A stretch of 64,000 bases of DNA from Chloroflexota bacterium. GTDB lineage: Bacteria; Chloroflexota; UBA11872. The stretch spans positions 2,056,620 through 2,120,619 of the forward strand of contig OZ240251.1 in NCBI GenBank assembly GCA_965198285.1. Reading direction: 5' to 3'. Each line of letters starts with the position of its first letter. Position 1 is the first letter of the stretch. A program made the position numbers and the translations under genes. The notes under the pieces were generated by a model that saw nothing but the letters and a program-made list of their open reading frames with translations, was not told the origin of the DNA and made no database searches. Shown in pieces: positions 29,909 to 37,278 of this stretch.

Positions 29909-31597
29909 TTATGACGGAATCAGTCCATCCTGAGGCTGTGTCCAGGGTTCGGATGGCAGGTGGGCCAGCATTTTGGCGCGCGGGAGGGCCATGTTCGCAA
30001 CCGGGACATCGATGATCACCGGCGCTTTGCGGTCCAGCGCCAGTGGAAGCAGCGTTTCGAGCTCCAGGGGGTCGTCGGTCCGCATACCAACGGCGCTGAA
30101 TGACTCGGCAAACGTGACCAGGTCCGGGTTCAGCAGATCCGTTTCGTACGTTCCCCCAAAGAAATCTTCCATATCACGGGCCACGTTGCCGTAGGCGTCG
30201 TCTCTGAACACGACGGTAGTCACGTTGATTCCGTACCTGACCGCTGTCGAAAGCTCGGTTGCGTTGAACATGAACCCGCCGTCCCCGCTGACGCACAAAA
30301 CGGGGCGGTTGGGCTCAGCCACCTTGGCGCCCAGCGCAGTTGGAAATGCGCAGCCGAGATTGAAGGAGTACCCGGAATCGATGTACGTCTTCGGGCAATT
30401 GACCTGATAGTGCGTGCGAGCGTAGTAGCCGAACTGCGAGACGTCCCAGGAAATGAACGAGTCCTCCGGAATGCTGCGCTGGATGGCTTCCATGATTGGG
30501 TACTGCGGTTCTTTGTCTCCGATGTCGTAGTAGGCGATGAGGCCGCGCGCGGCGGCTACCGCTTCAACGGGCGACAAACGATCGCCCGCACCGGCCGCAA
30601 TGAGGATGGGCAGCATGGCTTCGATAGTGGCTCTGGCGTCGCCATGCAGCGGGAGGGTGTTGGATTGGACCCGCGTGAGCTCCGTGTCGTCGATGTTGAT
30701 GTTGACTAGCGTTGCGGCGTTGCCGGCTGGATTGCCCATTGAGAAGCGCGCGCCTATTCCTATCACGACGTCGGCTGACTGCATCACGTCGAACAGTTGG
30801 TTCATCTCGTGCCGCTCGCCGGCGGGGCTGACGCACGAGCCGTACGACAGCGGATGTTGGTCGGGTATGGTTCCTTTCCCGCCGCTCGAAGTGATCACCG
30901 GAATATTGGTTACTTCGGCCAATCGGACGAGAGCTTCTTCCGCGTCTGACCGAGCCACTCCGCCACCGGCGAAGATTACGGGGAGCTGGGAGTGGGCAAT
31001 GACGCGGGCGGCTTCCCAAAGGTCTTCCTGGCTCGGCACGATGCGCGAAAACCTGGCCGGCTCGCGCAATTGGACCTCATCGCGCTCCACCCCGGCTTCG
31101 GGTGGAATCTCAAGCAGAACCGGACGCGGCCGGCCGGTACGCATCTGTCGGAAGGCTTCGCATACGGCGTCCGGAATCTCTCGTGGCGTCAGTGCCTGCC
31201 GCTGCCACTTCGTGACGGGCCGCATGACTTCGCCTTGGTTCAAGACCTCATGAATCGATCCGAGGTCTTTGCCCATCTGACGGCGAGGGATCTGGGCGGC
31301 AATGGTGAGCACGGGGACCGACCGAGCGTAGGCCGTGGTGAGGCCCGAAGCAGCGTTATAGAGCGCGGAGCCTGGAACGACCAGGACCACGCCGGGCTTT
31401 CCTGAGGCGCGCGCAAAGCCGTCGGCCATGTGGGCTGCGCCTTGTTCGTGACGGGTTGTCATAAGGCGCAGGCCGGGCTCATCCCGGATTCCGGCAATAA
31501 TCCCGGACGTGTGGATGCCGCCGATACCGAAGACCGTCTCCACCCCTTCACGAACGAGCGACTTCGCGACTGCCTCACCGCCGCTCATCCTGGGCAT
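29909..31597 (-). CDS. thiamine-diphosphate-dependent enzyme (acetolactate synthase large-subunit family)
   Basis: 562 aa. GGEAVAKSLVREGVETVFGIGG (N-terminal Pyr domain), and SGDGGFMFNATELSTAVRYGINVTTVVF.DDAYGN (TPP-binding GDG...N motif). Confidence 0.85.
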   Translation of the reverse strand: MPRMSGGEAVAKSLVREGVETVFGIGGIHTSGIIAGIRDEPGLRLMTTRHEQGAAHMADGFARASGKPGVVLVVPGSALYNAASGLTTAYARSVPVLTIAAQIPRRQMGKDLGSIHEVLNQGEVMRPVTKWQRQALTPREIPDAVCEAFRQMRTGRPRPVLLEIPPEAGVERDEVQLREPARFSRIVPSQEDLWEAARVIAHSQLPVIFAGGGVARSDAEEALVRLAEVTNIPVITSSGGKGTIPDQHPLSYGSCVSPAGERHEMNQLFDVMQSADVVIGIGARFSMGNPAGNAATLVNINIDDTELTRVQSNTLPLHGDARATIEAMLPILIAAGAGDRLSPVEAVAAARGLIAYYDIGDKEPQYPIMEAIQRSIPEDSFISWDVSQFGYYARTHYQVNCPKTYIDSGYSFNLGCAFPTALGAKVAEPNRPVLCVSGDGGFMFNATELSTAVRYGINVTTVVFRDDAYGNVARDMEDFFGGTYETDLLNPDLVTFAESFSAVGMRTDDPLELETLLPLALDRKAPVIIDVPVANMALPRAKMLAHLPSEPWTQPQDGLIPS

Positions 31598-32125
31598 GTC
31601 GTAGCTACTTTCTGCGAACCCGAAGGGTCACTCGCTCGCGAAGGTGCCGAGCCCGGCGTGTTGGTTCGGCGGATTCGCAATCTGAAGGTGAGATCTGGCG
31701 AATCCAGGTCGTCACGACCTCAACCGCGGATGCCTGGTCCCACTTCGTGCAAAAAATGCGCGAAACGTTCGGATGCTGTCAAAGAGGTGCTCACGACCGG
31801 GCGGTGGAGGCGCGATCAAATGGCCGCGCATGGTCCGAATCGGTCGGCGGCCGTCACGTCCGGCAGCGGGCTCGTTCCCGATCGGGCGGGCTCAGCGGGC
31901 CGCCCTCGGAGCGTGGACATTGGGAGCATGCAGAATGAACCTTCGCATGAATGAAACGGCGATTGGCCGCCTGGTGCGCTGACCCAGGCGCACAGTAGTC
32001 CGATAGACTGTTTCGGCGGTATCGGTTGAGGCTCGTCGGTGCCCGAAATGCTTGGAGTTGGCGCTACGTGCGTCGACGTGCACTTGTCGAAGCCTACGGC
32101 AATTGGGATCTGGTGAAGTAGCAAA

Positions 32126-33559
32126 ATGGACTTTGAATCCTATGATATTAACCAGCTTTTCTATGACGAGATGTTTCATTCAAATGGAGATCCTCGCCGG
32201 CACTACCAGGGCCTACACAGGACGCTACGTCAAACCTCGCTCGCGGACCTCACCGGCCTTCAGGAGCAGGTTACCGGGTCCTTCTCAAGCGAGGGGATTT
32301 CGTTCAAGGTATACGGCGACGAAGAGGGTGACGAGCGCATCATTCCGGTCGACTGTTTGCCACGTGTAATTTCGGCAAGTGAATGGCGCCAGCTTGAGAT
32401 TGGCCTGACCCAGCGCCTCAAAGCGCTCAATCTCTTTCTGGCCGACGTCTACGGCCCGGCCCGAATCGTCGAGGATGGAGTGATCCCGGTCGAAGTGGTG
32501 CGCGGCTGTCCGCAGTACCGGGTCGAGATGCGTGGGTTCGAGGCCCCGCACGGGGTATGGGTCGCAGTCTGCGGAAGCGACCTCGTGCGTACGAACGAGG
32601 GCTTCAAGGTCCTCGAGGACAACCTTCGTGTTCCTTCAGGCGTCGCCTACATGCTTGCCAACAGGAAAGCCGTCAAGGCCAGTTTCCGCCGCCTGTATCG
32701 ATCCTCTCGCGTGCAGGACATCGAGCACTATGGGCGCGTCCTCCTCACAACGCTTCAGGAACTCGCCCCCGGTGGGATATCCGATCCGTCGATCGCTTTG
32801 CTGACCCCCGGCGTCTATAACTCGGCCTTCTACGAGCACATGTTCCTGGCCAGGGAGATCGGGGCGGAACTCGTCGAGGGGCGCGATCTCCTGGTTGATG
32901 ACGGCGTCGTCTACATGCGCACCACGGCTGGGTTGCGGCGGGTCGACGTGGTCTACCGGCGTATCGACGACGACTTCCTTGACCCGGTGGTCTTTCGCGA
33001 AGACTCGCTGCTTGGCGTCTCTGGGATCATGCACGCCTACAAGCTTGGCAACGTCACGCTGGCCAATGCTCCCGGCACCGGCGTCGCGGACGACAAGAGT
33101 GTATACGCGTATGTTCCAGACATGATTCGCTACTACTTATCGGAAGAACCGATCATAGCTAACGTCCAGACTAATCTGTGCCGGACTCCCGCTGGACTCG
33201 AATATACGCTCGACAATCTGGACAGCCTCGTGGTCAAGCGCGTCGGCGAGTCCGGCGGCTACGGAATGTTGATCGGACCGCATGCCACGCCGGCCGAGCG
33301 CGCGGCCTACGCCGAGGAAGTTCGAGCCGACCCCGCCGACTTCATTTCACAACCCGTACTCGCCCTGTCCAGGTCGCCCTGTCTCATCGATGGCCGCATT
33401 CAACCCCGGCACGTCGACTTGCGCCCCTTTGTGCTCCACGGCCGCCAGACCCGCATCGTGCCCGGCGCGTTCTGCCGCGTCGCGCTGCGTCGTGGGAGCT
33501 TGGTGGTCAATTCGAGCCAGGGCGGCGGCGGCAAGGACCTCTGGGTGCTGGAGAACTAA
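32126..33559 (+). CDS. circularly permuted type-2 ATP-grasp protein (DUF404/DUF407)
   Basis: 477 aa. YDEMF...G..R.HY, GISF.VYG......ERIIPVD.LPR.I...EW..LE.GL.QR..ALN.FL.D.Y, and NAPGTGVADDK, characteristic of this family. It is the first gene of the conserved triad. Confidence 0.85.
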   Translation: MDFESYDINQLFYDEMFHSNGDPRRHYQGLHRTLRQTSLADLTGLQEQVTGSFSSEGISFKVYGDEEGDERIIPVDCLPRVISASEWRQLEIGLTQRLKALNLFLADVYGPARIVEDGVIPVEVVRGCPQYRVEMRGFEAPHGVWVAVCGSDLVRTNEGFKVLEDNLRVPSGVAYMLANRKAVKASFRRLYRSSRVQDIEHYGRVLLTTLQELAPGGISDPSIALLTPGVYNSAFYEHMFLAREIGAELVEGRDLLVDDGVVYMRTTAGLRRVDVVYRRIDDDFLDPVVFREDSLLGVSGIMHAYKLGNVTLANAPGTGVADDKSVYAYVPDMIRYYLSEEPIIANVQTNLCRTPAGLEYTLDNLDSLVVKRVGESGGYGMLIGPHATPAERAAYAEEVRADPADFISQPVLALSRSPCLIDGRIQPRHVDLRPFVLHGRQTRIVPGAFCRVALRRGSLVVNSSQGGGGKDLWVLEN

Positions 33560-33564
33560 GCCGC

Positions 33565-34533
33565 ATGCTGTCGCGCAGCGCCGAGGGCCTCTACTGGTTG
33601 GGCCGCTATCTGGAACGGGCCCAACACCTCAGCCGTCTGCTGCGCATGCAGACCGAGGCACTAGTCGACCGGCCGGTTGAGGAGATTCACTTTGGCTGGC
33701 TACGCATCTACGGAAGCCTGAACCGCCAACCGCCGGTTGGGGACATCGAGCTTCTTGCTCAGGACGACTACACCCTGGCCGATTCGTACACGCTTGCGGA
33801 TGACCTCACGTTTGAACTGTCCAATCCGGATTCGGTGTGGAGCGGCATTGCCAACGGGCGAGAAAGCGCCCGACACGTCCGCCACTGCCTTAGCGCCGAA
33901 ATGTGGACCTGCCTGAACCTGGCCTATCTCCGCATCCAGGGTCTGAGCATCCAGGATATTTGGGTAACGTCGCCTGAGCGCTTCTACGCCGAGACGGTGG
34001 CCGATATCGACACGTTCACGGGCGTGGCCGCGGCCACGATGTACCGCGATGAAGGCTGGCGCTTCATGCAGCTGGGTCGTTTTCTTGAGCGCGCGCAGCT
34101 GTCGTCCGCCCTTCTCCAGGCGCAGATCATGGCCGCCGAGCTCACGCAGGATGTCTCCGAAGCCGCCTGGTCCAGTCTGCTTCGTCTGTACCACGCGCTG
34201 GAGATCTACAACCGGACCTACAGTCTCGCGGTAGAGCCGCGTCAGGTCCTGGACCTGCTGGCTACTGATCCCAGGTTGCCCGATTCCCTCAGCCGCTCCC
34301 TCGAGATGCTCTCGGCGGAGTTCGCCGCCACCGAGCCCAGTCCCAACGAACAGGCCAACAGTGCCGCGCAACGGCTCGTGGGGCGTATGAGCGCCCTGGT
34401 CAACTATGCCCGGCTCGATCGGGATGATCACCAGGCCCGACTCCAGCAGGTGAACTCGCACAGTCGAGAACTGCACGATCTGGTAGCGGAAACCTACTTC
34501 CACTATCCGATCCAGGACGTTCCGGTCCGCTGA
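33565..34533 (+). CDS. alpha-E domain protein (DUF403)
   Basis: MLSRSAEGLYWLGRYLERAQHLSRLL..., the canonical N-terminus of alpha-E proteins. ATG is 5 nt after the ATP-grasp stop. The track ORF from 33178 is an upstream artefact. Confidence 0.85.
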   Translation: MLSRSAEGLYWLGRYLERAQHLSRLLRMQTEALVDRPVEEIHFGWLRIYGSLNRQPPVGDIELLAQDDYTLADSYTLADDLTFELSNPDSVWSGIANGRESARHVRHCLSAEMWTCLNLAYLRIQGLSIQDIWVTSPERFYAETVADIDTFTGVAAATMYRDEGWRFMQLGRFLERAQLSSALLQAQIMAAELTQDVSEAAWSSLLRLYHALEIYNRTYSLAVEPRQVLDLLATDPRLPDSLSRSLEMLSAEFAATEPSPNEQANSAAQRLVGRMSALVNYARLDRDDHQARLQQVNSHSRELHDLVAETYFHYPIQDVPVR

Positions 34534-34536
34534 CCC

Positions 34537-35481
34537 ATGGCGGGCCCCATCCGCTACGAGATCCAGCACCACTCGCGCTACACATACGCGGCGCCGGCGC
34601 GCTACTGCGTCATGCGGCTCTGCCTCAAGCCGCGTGGCGACGGCGGTCAGCGGCTCTTGAGATTCGAGGTGACCACCGACCCGGCGGCCACTGTCAGCGC
34701 CGAGATCGACGCCTTCGGCAATGCCAGGCACGTGCTCAATCTCCATCGGGAGCATGCGGGCCTTGCCATATCGGCGTCGTGCTCGATTGAGATTCGGCCA
34801 AAGGCGCCGCTGCCGGAATCGCTGGGAACGGACGCCTGGGCGGCGATCCACGCCGATCGCGATGCGTTCGCCGACTGGGACTTCACGCGACCCAGCGCCC
34901 TTACGACGCCGTCTCCAGTTCTTTCGGCGTTCACTCACCGAATGGACACTCGCCCCGGATACGATCCGTTGGTGAGCCTGCGGCGCTTGTCGGACACGCT
35001 GCATCACAGCTTTTCCTACAGCCCAGGCAGCACCTCGGTGATTTCTACCATCGACCACATTCTTGAGACGGGCCACGGCGTCTGCCAGGACTACGCCCAC
35101 GTCATGATCGCCATCGCGCGGTCCTGGGGAATCCCGACTCGCTACGTCTCCGGCTACCTGCACGTCACCGGCAACGGTGAACAGCAGGTACCCGCGACCT
35201 TGTCCCATGCCTGGGTTGAGTGCCGGCTGCTCGGCCTCGGCTGGGTCGGCTTCGATCCCACCAACCACACCCTCGCCGACCAGCGCCACGTCCGCCTCGC
35301 CGTCGGCCGCGACTACCAGGACGTCACCCCAACCCGCGGCGTCTTCCACGGCGGCGGCCAAAGCTGTCTCGACGTCAACGTCCGCATGCGGCCGCTAACG
35401 TTCCCTGAGGCTCGATCTTCTGCCCGGGGACCCCGCCAGGCACAGCGCCCCTCCGACGCGCCGCCGGGGGCGCAGTCTTGA
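34537..35481 (+). CDS. transglutaminase-family protein (Bact_transglu_N plus transglutaminase core)
   Basis: Y.I.H.S.Y.Y..P.......L.L.PR at the N-terminus, and the catalytic GHGVCQDYAHVMIAIARSWGIPTRYVSGY...HAW...GWVGFDPTN (Cys-His-Asp). Confidence 0.85.
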   Translation: MAGPIRYEIQHHSRYTYAAPARYCVMRLCLKPRGDGGQRLLRFEVTTDPAATVSAEIDAFGNARHVLNLHREHAGLAISASCSIEIRPKAPLPESLGTDAWAAIHADRDAFADWDFTRPSALTTPSPVLSAFTHRMDTRPGYDPLVSLRRLSDTLHHSFSYSPGSTSVISTIDHILETGHGVCQDYAHVMIAIARSWGIPTRYVSGYLHVTGNGEQQVPATLSHAWVECRLLGLGWVGFDPTNHTLADQRHVRLAVGRDYQDVTPTRGVFHGGGQSCLDVNVRMRPLTFPEARSSARGPRQAQRPSDAPPGAQS

Positions 35482-35590
35482 CGGGATTGCGATGACGCCC
35501 GAAACGTCGGAGTGAGGCGACAAGAGTCGCAGCGATGCCGAGGCCGGCCGCACGCGCTGAACGTCTCCAAACGGTCAGCCCGAAACGAAA

Positions 35591-35616
35591 GGCGCCACCA
35601 GGAGCTCGGTGGCGTC
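35591..35616 (-). terminator. hairpin immediately downstream of the 152-aa membrane-anchored protein gene
   Basis: GACGCCACC-GAGCTCCT-GGTGGCGCC on the minus strand, followed by CTTTCGTTTCGGG. Confidence 0.5.
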
Positions 35617-35618
35617 GC

Positions 35619-36077
35619 TTACGGACACGCCAGCGGCGTGATCAGAATGGTCCAGTCCGTGTGCGGATCAACGCTCAGGCCAACTTGCCCCTCTGGGATG
35701 CCGAAGTAGTCTGAGTCCTGGTAGCCGGGACCCACGTGGACGATGTGGTACGCGCCGCCCGACCAGCTGCCGCCGCCCCGGGGATGGTCCACGTTCACGC
35801 TCACCTGGCCCTCCTCGTCCGGCGTGGGGCGGATCACTTCGAAGATCCACAGCCCCGCCTCCATCTCGATCACGACCTCCTCGCCGGCCGCGCCGTTCAC
35901 GGTCCAGAGCTCCTTCACCTCGGAGGTTAAGGAATGCTCGGTCTCGCCAAGGCTGGGGTTCATAAACCAGTACACGGCATAGGTCGCGCCGAACGAGTTC
36001 CAGATCTGGGCGGCCGCGATCACAACTGCGGCCACCGCCACCACCGTCAGGGCAATCCGCGTGCTTCGAGCCTGCAT
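35619..36077 (-). CDS. hypothetical membrane-anchored protein (paralogue A)
   Basis: MQARSTRIALTVVAVAAVVIAAAQIWNSFG..., a single N-terminal TM helix followed by a beta-rich ectodomain of about 120 aa. I recognise no known domain. Confidence 0.6.
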   Translation of the reverse strand: MQARSTRIALTVVAVAAVVIAAAQIWNSFGATYAVYWFMNPSLGETEHSLTSEVKELWTVNGAAGEEVVIEMEAGLWIFEVIRPTPDEEGQVSVNVDHPRGGGSWSGGAYHIVHVGPGYQDSDYFGIPEGQVGLSVDPHTDWTILITPLACP

Positions 36078-36079
36078 GG

Positions 36080-36553
36080 CTAGGTGATCTCGTCCGGGCA
36101 CCAGCGACGCAGGATGTCGATCGACCAGGCCCGGTCGCCCCTGACCTCGAGCTTCATGGGGCCTCCGGGAAACGTGCCGTCGTACTCCCGAGCTTTCGGC
36201 CATTCGTCTGGATCCACGATCGTGAGCACGTTCATGAAGCTCGTCCAGCTGGCGCCCGCCGCCGAGTTGTAGCTCGTGATCGCGATTGGGGACTCGTCCG
36301 AGGCCCCGAGGAACTGATAGACGCCTGGTCTGAGCGTGAAGTTCTTGGTCTCGCCGGCCTCGCCCTTGAGATGAATCACGGTTTCCGCGACCACGGTCGC
36401 GACCTCGACATCGGGCGCGCGGGTGTGCTCCCGGGTCGTGAACGTGTACACGCTCATGGCCACGCCGACGGAGTTCCAGATCTGCGTCAGCGCAATCAGG
36501 ACCAGGGCCCCCGCGATCACCGCGAGCGAGATGCGCGTGCCTCGGGTCAGCAT
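36080..36553 (-). CDS. hypothetical membrane-anchored protein (paralogue B)
   Basis: MLTRGTRISLAVIAGALVLIALTQIWNSVG..., the same architecture as paralogue A. Strong SD AAGGAGGG. Its stop lies 2 nt before the ATG of paralogue A. Confidence 0.6.
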   Translation of the reverse strand: MLTRGTRISLAVIAGALVLIALTQIWNSVGVAMSVYTFTTREHTRAPDVEVATVVAETVIHLKGEAGETKNFTLRPGVYQFLGASDESPIAITSYNSAAGASWTSFMNVLTIVDPDEWPKAREYDGTFPGGPMKLEVRGDRAWSIDILRRWCPDEIT

Positions 36554-37278
36554 GGCTACCCTCCTTTGGCGGCCGCGAGCCGCTGCGTAATGCGTGATCC
36601 GCGGCTAGTCATAGCTCGCTCCTATCGTCGCCAGAGCCGCATGCCAGCCGTCGCCGATACTAAGGGGTTCAGGAGCGCGATGAACTGCCAGATCGCGTCC
36701 TGCTGGATACTGACCGATTCGCCGTCACCCAGCATGAGGAGGCGAATCCAGTAGGGCAAGAACCAGACCGAGAGGCCGTGATTCACATGGGCCAGAAGGC
36801 GAGCGCCGAAACGCTCGTTGGCGGTCGCGCGCCGCGAGGCACAACGCCACGAGCCCCTGTGGCCCGCTCGCGGTCCCTCGCCGGCTGTCTGCGGGCACAG
36901 TGGTTGCCTTGTGTGTTCAGATAGTGAACACTGGGCATGACGTTTCCGCAACTCGGATTTCGAATGTCCCTCCACCGCCCCCCGCTCCCTGTCGCCGCTC
37001 CCTCGCCCGGTGACGCCCTGCCGCGGGTCCGGAGTGTCATTCGGCAAGCCCCGCCTGGTTCGCACCGCCGCCGCCGCTTGTCCGGCTTCGTGCCGACCGT
37101 CCACCTTGCCTTGCCTCGCCCTGCGGACCTCGCCAGCCTGCCGCTCACCGCCGCCGTTTCCACACCGGATGACGCCCCCCGGCGCCTCAAGAGTTTTTTG
37201 GAAAAAACTCTTACGCGCGCAAACCCACCACATTTCGCGCCCCACGCCCTGCCCTGCGCAAGTGCCCTAGAATCGCTC

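Noticed and set aside
31598-31760. TPP riboswitch in the leader of the TPP-dependent enzyme gene.
   Set aside because: A GAGAUCUGG...CCAGGUC hairpin is present, but the conserved CUGAGA / ACCUGAUCUGGAUAAUGCCAGCG elements are not. It is also on the wrong strand for the leader.
33178-33564. Upstream 129 codons of the track ORF 33178-34533.
   Set aside because: This part overlaps the end of the ATP-grasp gene in another frame. The canonical alpha-E N-terminus MLSRSAEGLYWLGRYLERA starts at 33565.
33700-35361. 553-aa reverse ORF.
   Set aside because: It is antisense to the alpha-E and transglutaminase genes, which carry clear family signatures.
36937-37278. N-terminal 114-codon extension of the pcrA ORF.
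   Set aside because: It is Pro/Arg-rich and not helicase-like. PcrA proteins are about 730-760 aa, which fits a start at GTG 37279. It is kept as a finding because translation cannot be excluded.
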